A DNA stretch of 62,000 nucleotides from Camelus dromedarius (Eukaryota). The position numbers and the translations under genes are program-made. Where the stretch lies: positions 18,104,001 through 18,166,000 of the forward strand of contig NC_087436.1 in NCBI RefSeq assembly GCF_036321535.1. The letters are read 5' to 3'. The stretch's first letter is position 1. Every line of letters starts with the position of its first letter. Below, in pieces: positions 1-14,638 of the stretch. Below the pieces are notes generated by a model that searched no databases, was not told the DNA's origin, and saw only the letters and a list, made by a program, of their open reading frames with translations.

Positions 1-990
1 TAAGCGTTAATACATTTCTGACATTGAATTTAGGCAACTTCCTTGGTTGCTTTCGAGTTCTCGGACACTTGCGCTTTGTAAGATCGTTGGGTACAATTAA
101 AGGGACCCAGGTGAGGAAACCATTGCAGTAAAATAGCAGCAAATGTGAAGAGGGGAGAACAGAATAATTGAAACAGACCTAAAACCTGATGTGCAAACAA
201 ATGTTCATGCATTGTATTTTCTATGCCCTTTGAGAGCTTGTGGAAGGAATCTTCCATTGAAAATTTTATAAAGAAACATGGCATTTCCCAGTGGAAATAC
301 CTTCCTCGTGTATCTGTTGGGCGAACCCTTATTTTTCCATGTATAATATAACTTAGGGGAGATTCTGCTTAGCAGACTTGTGGGTGTGAGGAGGTGTGCT
401 CAGGACCATCCCACTGGGGTTTCTGCCCAGCGTGAGTTCTAGCATCGAACCAGTTCCTTTCAGCCTGGATCTATGGACAATCGTGCCAGGACTGGGGAAG
501 GCACCGTACATTAAGCTGGGTGCTGTAGTCTGTTTCCAGGTCACTGCCTTTTGCCTCTTTCTCGTACCTTGTTCACCCCTTGACCTTGTTAGAACAGTCA
601 TGTTTCTTCATAAAACATCCTTAATGAGACTATTTACCTTGCATCCGCAATGAGATCATGCTTCATGTAGTAAATTCTCTGCTCAGACATATGCCAAGAA
701 GGCAGCTTTTGCAGCTGTTAAAGAATTAACTTTTTAACTGAGAGAAGGACCTTTTGCTGGGCAGCCACAGCGATCGTAGTGCTGTATTTCTTATTTTAAG
801 TAGATTATAAAACTAGGGGGAGCTTTTCTGTCTTCTTTTTGCTTATTTGTTTGTGTTCTGTTTTACATACACACACATGTTCGTCTTGAACATAGCCTAG
901 TTATTCCCAAAGAATAAAAATTTACAGAGCAGATAAACTATCTGCATTTTCTAAAGAATGCTCATTTGACTTTAAAAATATGTTTGTTCA

Positions 991-1116
991 GGGGGAGGGT
1001 ATAGCTCAAGGGGTAGAGTGCCTGCTTGGCATGCACAAGGTCCTGGGTTCAATCCCCAGTACCTCCTCCAAATATAAATAAATAAATGAACCCAATTACC
1101 TCCCCCTTATAAAAAA
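991..1116 (+). mobile_element. tRNA-Ala-derived SINE (camelid Vic-1-like)
   Basis: GGGGGAGGGTATAGCTCAAGGGGTAGAG (A box) ... GGTTCAATCCCC (B box), followed by an AATA-rich segment and AATTACCTCCCCC; same layout as five other copies in the window. Confidence 0.88.
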
Positions 1117-1117
1117 T

Positions 1118-1121
<4 letters not shown>

Positions 1122-1169
<48 letters not shown>

Positions 1170-1177
1170 TTTTTTTT
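1122..1177. repeat. (TA)n microsatellite followed by a long poly-T run
   Basis: Directly visible, adjacent to the SINE tail. Confidence 0.95.
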
Positions 1178-1362
1178 ACTCAAAGAACTCAGCTGCCAGT
1201 TGCATGGAGCTTAGGAACTTTATTTTTAATTAGAAATTGTAAGGTTTTCCCCCAGTGAATTCTGTTTTTTAATCCAGGCTGATTTGATTTTTGCCTCTTT
1301 GACTTTTCCTCCCATCAAAATGAAGGTGCCAAAACAAGGAGCAAAAGCAAAAAGACTGGATT

Positions 1363-1500
1363 GGGGGGAGGATGTAGCTCAAGTGGTGGCACGCATGCTT
1401 AGCATACACAAGGTCCTGGGTTCAATCCCCAGTACTTCCTCTAAAAAATAAATAAATAAGTAAACCTAACTACCTCCCCCTGCAAAAAACAAAACAAAAC
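1363..1500 (+). mobile_element. tRNA-Ala-derived SINE (Vic-1-like) with TSD
   Basis: A and B boxes, (CAAAA)n tail; TSD aaaagcaaaaagactggatt (1343-1362) and aaaagcaaaaagattggctt (1501-1520), 2 mismatches. Confidence 0.9.
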
Positions 1501-4099
1501 AAAAGCAAAAAGATTGGCTTCTCTGCTGCAGCAACAGCCCCCGAGCACACAAACGTTAACTGCTCTGTCCGGGGACTTAGGAGAGAAGGCACCCTGTGCG
1601 TTGGTGCGGGTTGTTCTATGCCTCCCATTAAAAAGACCCATCTCTTCCCTAGAGGTGATCCAGCGGCAGCCTTGCTGATCATCTAGAAAAACCATTTGCG
1701 CTCTGGGTCCTTTTCACAGCCCTTTGACCTCCTGATTCGACATCATCTGCACACGTGATGTGGTTTCTCTATTCTCTTTTTCCATTACAGTCATTCTCCT
1801 CACTCTACCACAATGACTACATCCCATGCATGTGACCCCTACAAACCACTTCACCCCTGTGCACCATGATGCTAACAGTAGTACCTACCTCAGGGGCACT
1901 TATGAGGATTAAATGGGATAATATTTTTAAAAGATGTGGTTATCTTGATATCTGACATGCAGATTTTCAGTTAATGATAGCTCTTTACTATGATCTCTTT
2001 TCCCCACTTAAAAAAAAGGTATAGGAGAAACCATAGAGCATGTTTTAAACACAAATCTGAGCAAATAGCTCTGTAACTTAAATGGTAAAACTGAAAAGGA
2101 GAAAAAAAACATGTGAACGCTGCAGGGAAGGGTAGAAGGAAGCATATAGAACGCTTGTTGTTTTTTTCCAAGACGCTGGACATCCTTCTAAGATCACAGT
2201 ATTTGCCCTTTGAGTATATTTTGGAAAAACATTTCTAAAATTATCTCTTAGCACACGTAGAAGCGTAAGGGATTTATTCCTGTGTTTCAGACAAATATGA
2301 GCCAGAGAAGTTCCTCTCAGACACACGGAAGGCTGGAATGTATGTTGGAGGCTGTATTTCCTTCCATGGTAGGGCTTGGATCTCAATAACTCATTTAATC
2401 ACCCTTCTCCCGCAGGGCAGAGCTGCACTCAGGCAGGCAGGATACCTGTCTACCTATTACTCGGAGTTGTTAGAAAAGAATATTACATGTTCTTGCTGGT
2501 AATGCATTCCAGGCCCTCTCCAGAACACATTCCCGAACACTGGGAGGAAATTCTCCTAATGTCTAATCTAAATCCCGGCTTCTGCCCTTTAAACCCTTTT
2601 CATCTTATCTTGACCTCAGTAGAAGCAGAAAATGGATGCTCGCGTGATTCGGCCAGTGTCGCGTGAAGTTGCTGAAAACATTGCTCTTCAGTTTCTCCTG
2701 TCCCTCGCGGTCTCCTCGGGAGGAAGTCAGCCCCAGTCTTTGTCCACCTTTTTTCTTCCGTAAGCATTTTTTATCCAAAGCGTTGTGGATGGAGGATTTG
2801 TCCCTTTGCCGCTCCCTTCTGATACTTCCGGGGGGTGGGGGTGTATCGGCGCAGCGGCGGCAAGGTCCAGGTGGGAGGTGTTTGGGTAATAAAGCCCCAG
2901 TCCTCCCCACCTGGCCTGGGCGCCGGCTGCCTCCCTGCCCTGCCGCTGCCAGACGGAGTTTGGGAATTACAGTGGCTCAGCCCTCTGCCACTCAGTCCAG
3001 AGGCAGTCTCTTGTAATACAAAACCAGCGAAGGTTTCAGCAGAAGAAAGCTCTGGAAGGTTTCTGCATTACCCTGAGGCTATTACCAAGAGGTCATTTCT
3101 CAGACGTTTTGTTTCCCCTTCTGAGGTCCTTGCTTGGTTTCACGGGATCCCAGCCTGGCCAGACCTCAGAGACGTGCTGCCTCACCTTTAAAACTTTCGC
3201 CCAAGGTGGAACCCTCCCCCGACACGTCCTCGTTAGCACAAACATTCCTGAGTCTGACAGGCATTAAAAGAAAAAAAAGGGAGGAAAGAGTGTGGCTAAG
3301 TATTAGAGGAGAGAAAAAAAGAAAGAATAGAATTACAGAAAGTATAAAGGCCATGAAAACAACCATGTCAATCATCTCTCTAGCCCGAGAAGTATCTCAC
3401 AGGCGGCTGCTGGCTTTGCCCCTTTCTGAATCCCTGTCTGCAGCGCAGAAGTGATCAGAATATGTCGCGGGGGATTGTCTTCCAGAACCTGGCCACCGTC
3501 TCTGCAAAATCACTGAGCCCCTCTTCTGTCTCCCTCAGATTCCCCTGAGTCTCTGGTCTGTGGGGCTCTCTTCTTAGGGGAGTTGGTGGTGCTTAACACT
3601 GGATGGATTCCCACACAGGGAAGTGACCTGCTCCTCGTGAGCCCTCAGTGTCATGTGAATGACACCAAAAGCAAACCAGGGCACGGTGGGAATTAACACA
3701 GAGGGATGTGGGAAAGTGCAAGCTCCTGTAAAAAGATGAAACAGTCTCCCTGTCATTGTCTGACTCTCCAAATATAGTCAGTAACACCGACCCAAAACTT
3801 ACCATAGCCGCTTTATAAAGCTAATTGCTTTCTTATGTATTGACTCCACTTCCCTAAGATTGTAATCTCTTGTCTGGATTCAGATCTTGTTATTCAGCAC
3901 CGCACTGCTCACAAAACCCGAGCGCATTCTGCACAATGGGGAAATATCACTGCCTTGCTAAGTAATGGATGAACGTATTCCACAACAATAGCAACAAAGT
4001 CGTGTTTACTATAGATACAGAGATATCTCTGGTGATCTGTGTACACACATTAAAATGTAATACATGGGGATCCGCTAATCTGGAATGTCTTTTTTTCTT

Positions 4100-4262
4100 A
4101 GATTTATTGAGGTTATGATTGATGAATATAAAATTGGGTATAATTAACATGTACAGTGTGGTACTGGGATATCAGTATACTTGTGTGATGATTACCACAA
4201 TCAAGCTAATTAACATACCCATCACCTCACAGTTACCATCGTGTGTGTGTGTGTGTGTGTAT
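4100..4262 (-). mobile_element. L1MA-type 3' end fragment ending in a (GT)n repeat
   Basis: TGATTACCACAATCAAGCTAATTAACATACCCATCACCTCACAGTTACC is a typical antisense L1MA 3' terminus. Confidence 0.75.
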
Positions 4263-5919
4263 GTGTAATGTCTTAAAGTCAAAAGTTGGGTTTGAGTTTG
4301 CCTTAGCATGTTTTTCATATTAGTAAAAAAAAATCAATAATGCCTATATATTAATGTGAGAACATTTAGGGATATTTTTTAAAAACACCTAGTTTTCAAA
4401 TTCCTAACCACTCAAGGATATTTATAAACAATTGAAATGCCACTTCCTTATTATCAACTGAGAAGCTAATTATTTATTCATAAAGCAGCGTGCCCCTGAC
4501 CCTCACTCCTGTCATATTAGTGTGTGTGGCATTGAGAATTATAGATGCTCTTTTTGCTATTAGTACAAATTAAAGAGATTTTGCTGCCAAACCTATGAAA
4601 TCTGGAGAAAGATGGCATTCCTTCCTTTGGGTTTCAAGTCACAAAAATACTTGGTTGTTCCCCAAACTCTCAGCATCTTCCTCCCCGGCAGGAGGAAGGG
4701 AGAAGCCATGCAGATAAGGAGGATGAGGAAAGGAGGAAAGCCTGGGTGTGATGTGATGGCAAGAGAAAGGGTCTGTGAAGGAGCGAGGACGGGGCGGATG
4801 CTGTTACTGTCCTGTGGGTTTAGACCAGTAATTATACTTGGCCTGTGAACAGAAAAATACATGTTTTCATATAACCTCAATATATCCTCTCCAATACTGC
4901 CAGGACCTAAAATTTCAAGACATGGCATGAAGCACTTCTAAAATGACAGAATTTTCACTTTAGATCTTTCCAGCGAAATGTTGTAATTGAAAAAGTTTCC
5001 TGCCGGTCTTTTATTCTACTCCAGATGAAAAAAAAAAGCTGTTTCCTGGTTACCCATCCCTAAGTCTAAAAAGTCTTGAACACGCTTGAGAAAGGTAGTG
5101 ATGAAAACACTGTCAGAATCCTGTTTATCTCATCGCTTCACTGTGGGATGCGAGAGTGATCGATGTCTCCTCGCCAGCCATCATTCTGCCACGCCAGTAG
5201 TTTGTCAAAGGGGGTTGGCCTCAGGAGGTAGAGCAAACCAAAAAAGGAAGTCAGACCGTGCTGTGTGTCAGGGTCTTTGTGAATCTTGAGATCCCATCAG
5301 GAATTTTTCACGGTTTTTATAGGGTCCCACCAGATGCTCCATTCTGCTTATCAGTCAGGAGAGGAAGCAGGGCCCGCCCATTGCACAGCTCCTGGAGGAG
5401 CAGTTCATGGAGAACCTGTAGTGTTCTGTCTCTCAGCGATGCCAGGAGGAAGTGGCTGCCAAGATGCTGCTGTTAATTAAGGACTTGGCACCTGGGGGCA
5501 GCTGCTAAGCATGTACTGTTACTGTAACATCCAGGGAGAACAAGTGAAATTCCCATAGGCTCAAATGGGACTGATGTTCACTGTCTTATTCACACACACA
5601 CACACACACCCACACACACAACTGTTGCTGGCAGTTGAAAGATGAAGTGTGGCTCTGGGCCTCCTGGGAACATGAATTCCAGAGCCCAAAGGCCATTAAG
5701 TCCAAATTAATTTAGTAAGGTGGTAGGTAGTGATAAGACCCCAAATTTATGTTCACTGATGCTTTGGATAATGGAAACAAGTTCATTAAGTATCTTTGGC
5801 CAGAGATGTTCCTGTGTAATTAGCAAACATCTTAATTATACACTTGGATTGGAAGCTGTGCTAATCTTAAAGTATTTAAAAAAAACACACACACAAATGA
5901 GAGAAAAGTATTAGGAGAG

Positions 5920-6345
5920 AGACTGCATAGCATAGAGGTTAAGAGTGTGGGCTCTACAGGGAACTATATTCAGTATCTTGTAGTAACCTATCATGAAAAA
6001 GAATATGAAAAGGGATACATGTACGCATATGTATGACTGAAACGTTATGCTGTACACCAGGAATTGTCGCGGCACTGTAAACTGACAATCCTTAAAAAAA
6101 AAAAAAAGGAGTGAGGGCTCTGAGCCATGACTGGATGCAAAACCTAGCCCTGGTGTTTATCAGCTCTATACCCTGGAGGAATATTTCCTTCCTCTCTCTC
6201 TCTATCTGCTTTAGTTTCTCCACCTGGAAAGTGGAAATGAGATTACCTAATCATAGCGTTGTGGTGAGCACTGGAATGCTTAGGACATCTAAAAAGTGTT
6301 TTGAACTGTGCTTGGTGCATAAGTGCTCAATAAATTTATCCTACT
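5920..6345 (+). mobile_element. MIR SINE interrupted by a 5'-truncated L1 3' end (5956-6106)
   Basis: MIR head (gcatagaggttaagagtgtgggctct) resumes after the L1 poly-A; TSD aagagtgtgggctct (5941-5955) and aggagtgagggctct (6107-6121). Confidence 0.82.
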
Positions 6346-7563
6346 GTCATCTTAGTTGTGGCCTTTTAAGAGTAATAACTCTGCAAATGGATCATTACAC
6401 AGTAGACATTTTGAAAAGGAATAATAATTAACAATTCAGAAATTTTATCTTAAATAGCTCAGAAACTTATCTATATTTCCTGCATGGAAGTAAATTAATA
6501 CTTTTATATAGGCAATAGTTTGTTACAATGTATTAAAACTTGAAAAATGAAATAAATGTAGTCAACAGCCATTTATGGAGTATCCATAAACATCATGGAA
6601 AGTGATGTCATAGGAATACATAAGACATTAGCAACTTTCAGGAGCTTTAATTTTAGAATACAGCATGTGTTAGAAGAAAAGTATAAAATTCTTAAGCATT
6701 TTAGAAGGGCTGCTTTGAGCAATATAATTATTATGTAACTGTACCCTCATGCTTGTAGAAAAAGATACTGGATGAATACATTTGGCTGAAGAATCTGCAC
6801 ACTGAAAATATTTATTTTCTTGAACTGTTTAAGTAAGTGTAGATAATTCCTCAATTCCAGGTGTTCCACATGTATTCATAAAATCACAGCGTGAAGTTAA
6901 ATGTAACTGAAATGCTAACCATAATCTTGATACTCTGCTCATAGGTTCTGCTCCAGGCCACAGCCTTGTCTATACAAATACTGGAGAAAATATTAAGTAT
7001 TCCTCATTCATAATATTTCATAACATTGACCTTAAATCAGCAGTAAGAATAAACACAGCATTATAGACCTAAGGCCTAAACCAAGTGTGAATTTTGTAAT
7101 TAATTTGCAAGCAAATCTCACTTTTAATAAAATTTGAGAATATCACCCTTTGGCTATTTCTCGTCAATCAAATGAAGGTTATCATCAGATGATAGTCTTA
7201 CAAAGGATAAGGACATTTTAATGGATTGGAAGAGTTTTAATTATTTGCAAAAGTATGGGAAAGAGTAGTGGTAACACTGAAGTGTTATTTCAGATGTTAG
7301 TAATAATTTTCCACATTGTTTTTGATCTTTTTATCCATTTAGCCCTTTGTGAGGTAAGAGGGGGAAGCATCATTATTCTCATTTTTCAGGTGAATCAGCT
7401 GAGACTTAGAGAAGAATCTATGTGACGGAGAGGCTGTTAGTTCCGAGTACCTGATACCCCAAATGGCTAATCTGTGCTATTGAGGATTACAGTCACCCAT
7501 AGACCAGCATTTTGGATTATCTGCATGTTTGGTTCCTTTCTCCTCCTCTGTTTGCCCTAGTTT

Positions 7564-7674
7564 GTTTTTTGTTGTTGTTGTTGTTGTTTTATCTTTAATG
7601 GAGGTACTTGGGATTAAACCCAGGATGTCATGGGTGCTAAGCATGTGCTCCACCTCTGAGCTATACCCTCCCCG
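7564..7674 (-). mobile_element. tRNA-Ala-derived SINE (Vic-1-like), antisense, with TSD
   Basis: Reverse complement of the SINE body with a (TTG)n tail; TSD ctgtttgccctagttt (7548-7563) and ctgttttgcctagttt (7675-7690). Confidence 0.88.
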
Positions 7675-9404
7675 CTGTTTTGCCTAGTTTTTGAGGCACT
7701 TCCCTAATTCTTTTTTCTTTGCTTTGTTCATTCATTCATTCATCACAAGCATCTTGGTTACCTGCTGTGTGCTCGGTGCTGCCACCGAGGCAGTGGTGGA
7801 CGAGGGGCAGTACTTGGTCAGCCGCTCCCTGTTAACAGACATGAATATGAGACATCTGCTTTTCATTCAGACAGTTCTCAGCATCCCATTTTTCTGCCTC
7901 AACTCTTTTATTGAAGGAGACAGTCTATGAGAAATGAAATGGTCTGAAATAATTGAAATTTTTCCGTTATTTTGCTAATTTCAAACTCCTTAAAGATCGG
8001 AATTATATCTTGTTCATCTCTCAAGCCCAGAATGTTCGGCAGGTCTGTCTGTTGCTGGGTAGTGACTTGTCCTTCGTCTGAATCAGTAAGTGTTTCTGTA
8101 ATGAAGTCATGTGCGGCCATAATTATAAGCATGGATAGTTACTTTCAAAATGACGTTAACTGCTGTGACTTAGGCCTACGTTATGTTTTGTATCCTGTGT
8201 GTTCCTCACACATGTTAGAATTAAGTAGAAAGTGTCTGGTTCTTCAATAATCTTAAAATAAATTCTTCAATAGGGTGGAAAACCTTACAATTGCAAAGTA
8301 AGTTCTTACCACAGCTCTAAGCTCAGTTTGGCACTTCTGAGCTTTCGTTTGTCTTTATCTATTCATTCATTCACTCGCCCGCCTTCCCCAGCATCTATCC
8401 ATCTATCCGCCAACTCCACCTACCTGCCATCCACCCCCAACCCTCCCATCTACCTTCCAATCCTCTTTTCCACCCCACCCCAGTCCTTCTGTTCCCATAT
8501 CTATTGTAAGAACCCTTAAGAGAAATGTGAAAGGAAAGTGGTTGCTATTAAAGTTAATACTGATTCTTTGGTTTTAATTAAGATGAACACATTTATTGTC
8601 CAAAATGCGGCACTTCTAGGAGTAGCAGGGTGCTTATTGATGATCGTGCTGAGAAAACAGGCATAAACCAGGACCGTTGTGGGTAAATGAGAACATGGTC
8701 ACTTGTTCATACATTCTCCTAAAAATCTAACAGGGTATTCCTGTGCAGTATTAAGATATCTTCGAGCTCTAGGCTATATGATATGTGAATTGTTTATATT
8801 AAAATACAGAATAGGAGAGACTTTTAAGGATTATGTTTGTGTATTGGTATAGCTCACATCTGAATTTTTAATAGCATTAATTCCAGTATACTTACTGGTT
8901 AGCTCTCCAGTTTGGAATCATCCAGATATTTCATTTCTTTAACCTTTGCTTGCCTTGCTTTGGGGTTGATTGTGCCCCTATTCATTCCGTGGGAAGGAAT
9001 CTAAAAATCACTGGGTGCAGGCGTAGCATTTACCAAGGTGCCATGGGGGCTGTAAAAGAGGAGGAACACCCAATCTGTATGTCTCAGCAGGTCAAGTACA
9101 GCTGGGGATTTCGTGCTAGTGGCATCTGCACAAAGTAACTACTCCGTGTAAGCAGGTGGTTGCCTGCGGGCTACAGCAGGACGAGTACGTGGTAGAGAAG
9201 CACCGAAGAGGAGCAAGTAAAGGGCCAGGGGAGGCTAATTAAAGGGAGCAGAGCCCACGGTCAGGCCAGTCTAGCGCTTGTTCCCAGCTCTCTGGTGGAT
9301 AATAGGTGGGAATTACTTGCTTATATAAGATTTAGTTGAGGCATTCGTAACTTATTAGCATATGAATTAATTTACCCTCCCTCTGAGCTCTTACCTCTGT
9401 TTTA

Positions 9405-9560
9405 CATATACTAGCTGTGTGATCCTGGACAGATTTTTCTGACTCTTCTGATCTGTTTCCTCATTATAAAATGAAAACCATAATAGTACCCAGTCATAAA
9501 ATTGTTCAGCGGTCAATTTCAAGCATTTGGGACAGTGCCTGGTATCAGAAAAATCTTGAA
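9405..9560 (+). mobile_element. MIR fragment
   Basis: ctagctgtgtgatcctggacag...ctgtttcctcattataaaatg...ataatagtacc, matching the MIR core. Confidence 0.7.
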
Positions 9561-9680
9561 AAAGGTCCTGTTCCTATTAGTGTAACACAACATCTTTAGA
9601 GGAAATGTATGCTTTAATCAATAGAAGTCAGTATTTGATGGCAATAGCCCTCTTGTAAGGTATCCTGAGCATAGTCCTAA

Positions 9681-10184
<504 letters not shown>

Positions 10185-11203
10185 TAATGTCAAATTAATC
10201 AAGCATGGAGAAAAAAATCTGATTGATGGGCTCATTTCTCGCAAGAATTTATAAGTTCGATTGTTAATACAACATACGCATTTCTTAAGTTGAGGACTGC
10301 AATGGAGAATTTCAATTTTCCCATGGAAAATTTCACCCCAGTCTTAGTAATAAGGTAAAACACATTCTGTTTGTAAAAGCACAAAGTGAGCCCATTGTCC
10401 GCAGCTCTTAACCAGGGCTCATCTAACCTAAGCTTAGACCAAGTAAATCAGGACCTCTCAAGTAAGCTGTGTGAACTTACTTGAACTCTGAAAGATTGTT
10501 CTTTCTAAAAATGTCATCTTACCTCCAGCACCCTTTAAATTGTCCTTGAAATTCCTACTTTTGTCATTTTTTTATGCCTTGGGATTATATTCATCAGGCC
10601 CCTAAGTATCTATAGAAACATGGCTTAGAATTGTGATCACATAGTCCCAGTTCATTAATCTGGAACAGTTTCCTAGAAGACCTGAGGTCAACCAGCAGTC
10701 TTGCAAGAAAAGACTGGGGAAAGCTCTGATGACCGAGTCTTTGAAGAGGCGCTTGCCCTGTGAAACTAAACAAACAGAGGAAGAGAAAAGGAGCAAAAGA
10801 AAGGCTTGAGGCCCAGAAAGGAAGACTGGGGGTGAGGGGAGGACAGGTACCAAGCATGCTTATCCGCTTCAAAAGTCTGTTAAAGTCTGGTGTCATCCCA
10901 GACTAGGAGAAGTGAGGAATAATACTTTTTCAATCAGTGCAAACTCATGAGAATGACAAATTTTCCACTACTATTGCAGATATACAGGAACTGACGGTCA
11001 CTAAGTTATCCTTTATTGTAAAGTTACCAGTTTTGAGTCAGATGAAGCAAGTTGTATGCATTAATGTAGATTCTTTCAGTCTAACTGAGGGTTGGGGACC
11101 ACTGTCCACCATCCACCTTGAAACTCCCAGAACATCTCAGTTTTCTTGGCCCTGGCCATTCACCCCCCATCGAGAATTTAGGGTGAATTTAAAATGAAAC
11201 GTT

Positions 11204-11269
11204 GATAACATTGTAAAGCAACTACACTTAAATAAAAAATAAAGTTCAAAAAAATTTTTTAATGAAAAT
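11204..11269 (+). mobile_element. Extremely 5'-truncated L1 3' tip with A-rich tail
   Basis: aacattgtaaagcaactacacttaaataaaaa matches the ends of other L1 copies here; candidate TSD aaaatgaaacgtt (11191-11203) and aaaataaaacatt (11270-11282). Confidence 0.65.
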
Positions 11270-11423
11270 AAAATAAAACATTTAAGGGGGCCAGGCCCAT
11301 GATAGGTGCTCTGTAAACAGCTATGGAATTGATTTGAGTCGAGAGTAAGGGGGCTGCTTGGGGTTGACTTAAGAAGCTTCTTCCTGGAATGTACTTAAAC
11401 TCTAACTGTATTTCTGTGATTAA

Positions 11424-11585
<162 letters not shown>

Positions 11586-13261
11586 TAAGTACCTATTAAT
11601 TAGCCTTCATAAAATAAACTGCAGATTGTTCGTTAGGCTTTTTCATGGTTTCTAAACAGATGTACATTTGTGAAAGAATCCACGGCTATAAACACTTGTA
11701 AGAGCTAAAAGTCTACCTTTGGGGAACTTAAAAATCGCTTTTTACAAAATGTATAATGTGTATGTCAGAGTGTGTATAAATCAGTGGATACAGATCTCAC
11801 ATAATAGTGTGAGGGAATTGTCCCAAAAAGAAAGATGGTCCAGTTGGCTCCAAAAACCTGATAGGTACAAAGCCACACTTAATAGAAAATAGTCTCTTTT
11901 GGTATCTACTCCAGTTGGGAAGACTGTCTAATTTCTAGGAAATGTGAATGTATAAAATGCCAGTTTTTTTGCACACATTCATGTAATGGTCCTTTTGTTA
12001 ACAGTATACAGCTGCTCGGTGTGTTTTCGTGACAATCATAATTACCCTTCTCTGCAATCATAAAAGAAGCCAAAATGTTATTCTGTAGTGAAACATTTCT
12101 AGTTTTATGATGCATTTTTAAAAAATTGAAAGAATTGTAATAGAGTTTTCTTTGGCTGTGAATTCCTTCCCGTGTCAAGTTTACATTTTGATATTGTTTG
12201 CATACTATATGAGTACATTTCATTTATGTGTATACCCAGCCGTGCTTCTTTGTAATTGTTGGGTCAAGAAATATTTAAAATAAAAAGGACGTTTGAATTG
12301 CGAGAGCAACCACAGCCATAGCCTAACAGATGGCTCTCTCTAGAGATACGAAAATTGGGGTTTTCAGTAGGGAAGGAAACAGATGAGAAATAGATTGGTG
12401 ATAAAAGAAAGAGAAATGATGTGAAAGATTAAACGTGGACACAGAGTGCCAAGCTATCTAAATTGTCCCAGTGGCAGTTTCCCCAAGAGTATGGCTTTGC
12501 CCAGATATGGTGGGCCGCAATGGCAGCTTTCCCCCAAGATAAATCAGGAACATCAGTCGTTGGTTCTTGGGGCAACCCCTCTTTTGGCAATTAGTCAGAA
12601 CGAATAATTCTACTTCTGCATAAATTTTCACCCAAAGCCTGAAGTGAGGCCAAACAACTGACATGCACATTTTAATTTACTTGTTTCCCTTAGTAATCAG
12701 TTGATATTATTAAATAGTAAGCCTGTTTTTTAAATGTGGTCTGTAAACCAAAAGGTAAGCATGTTAGGGAAGGTCTTTGTTTTAAGAGGAAGTGTGGGTA
12801 AATAAGAATCTGTATTAATGTCATCCAGTGTGTCTCCTTTAGATTTTATGAGATTAAAATGATCCATTTAATCTTTTTCAGTGAATATCCATTCTTTGCC
12901 ATAAAATACATATAATACAAGATTTTCCATTTTAACCATTTTTTTAGTGCACAATTCAGTAGCACTAATTGCATTAAAATTGTTGTGCCACCGTCCTCAC
13001 TGTCCATCTCCAGTACTTTTTTCATCATCCCAGTCAGAATCTCTGGACCAGTTAAGCAGTAACTTGGCATCCTTCTTTTCCCCAAACCCCTGATTACCTC
13101 TAGTCTATGAATTTGCCTATTTCACATAATTGGAATCATAGAACATGTGTCCTCTGTGTCTGGCTTATTTCACTTACCATCATGTTCCCAAGGTTCATAC
13201 TTATTGTAGCATGGATTAGAATTTCATTTCATGACTGAGTAATATTCCATTGTATGCGTAT

Positions 13262-13850
13262 AGACTTGGCCTTGTTCGCAGATGCTGTATGTGTGAACTG
13301 GCCTTCTGGCTACATTTATTTGTAACCCCAGAGTCAGTACTCGCAGCACAGAGGCAATACATTTCAAGCACCGGCGTGTCCATTTCAGCTGAGACTCCAT
13401 CTTCTCATTTCAGCGCTCATACTGTAAACACGTGTCCTTTTCATGGTCTGTTTAGTGCAATGTTTCTTGCACTGTTGTGCTTTTTGCTGGTGATTTCACT
13501 GTTTAAAATGACCCGCAAGGAGAGTGCCACAGTGCTGTCTAGTGTTCCTCAGTGTAAAAAGGCTTTGATATGCCTTAGGGATAAAATACAGGTGTTAGGT
13601 AAGCTTCTTTCAGACATGAGTGACAGTGCCATTGGCTGTGAGTTCAGTGTTAATGAATCAACAATGTATGTTAATGAGGTGTCTTTAAACAGAAGCACAC
13701 ACAAAATAAGATTATGTATAAATCAGTTGATGAAAATGTCGTGATCGGTCGCCCTCAGGAACCTCACCCTGCATGTCCCCTTGGAAGAGCAGCTCAGTAG
13801 TAGCTAATTCAGTGTCTGCTACATCTTTATAGAATACAACTACTGTGTTT
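13262..13850 (+). mobile_element. MER82-like (TcMar-Tigger) DNA transposon nested in the L1
   Basis: atttatttgtaacccc...catactgtaaacacgtgtcctttt...caggaacctcaccctg matches the recalled MER82 consensus and the second copy at 56729-57108. Confidence 0.78.
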
Positions 13851-14244
13851 ATTTTTACCAAGTAAAGAGAGTTGACCCCATTTGGCTTACACATTCCCGG
13901 ACACTTGGGTTGTGCCTGCCCTTGGCTATCATGGTAATGCTGCTATAAACATTTGCATATAAATATCTGTTTCAGTCCTTGCTATCATTGCCTTTAGGTA
14001 TATACCTAGGAGTGGAATTCCCGGGGCATGTGGTAATTCTGAGTGTAGCTTTTGAGGAACCATTGAACTGTTTTCCACAGAAGTTGCACAATTTTGCATT
14101 CCCACCAGCAAGAGTAACAGTTCCAATTGCACCGCATCCTCGCTAACACTTATTTTCTGTTTATTGGTTTGGTTTAGTTTGTGGGTTTTTTTTTTTAATA
14201 GCTATACTAGTAGGCGTGAAGTATGTTAGGGGTTTTTGGTTTGT

Positions 14245-14638
14245 TTTTATTGAAATATATTTGTCATATAACATTGTGTGAATTTAAGGTAAAAAAATGT
14301 TATTTGATACATTTATATATTGTAATATGATTGCCATTTTAGCAGTAGTTAGCATCTCTGTCACATAATCATTTCTTTTTTTGTGATGGGAATAATCAAG
14401 ATCTAGTCTCTTGGCAGGTTTGTTGAATACAACACAGCATTATTGTCTGTATTCACTGTACTGTGCATTAGATCTCCAGGACTTATCTGTCCACTTAAGC
14501 AACATCCCTGCTCTTCCCCACCCCCCAGTCCCTGGCAACCACCATTCTACTCTGTTTTTCCAAGTTTGCCTATTTTAGGCTCCATATGTAAGTGATATCA
14601 TACAGTACTGGTCTTCCTCCGTCTGACTTACCTCTTAC
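14245..14638 (-). mobile_element. Younger L1MA9-like 3' end nested in the L1MB
   Basis: Own T-rich tail and 3' terminus; closely resembles 60094-60500. Confidence 0.78.

Noticed and set aside
13250..13744. 164-aa ORF
   Set aside because: Lies within the non-autonomous MER82-like element; no transposase motifs.
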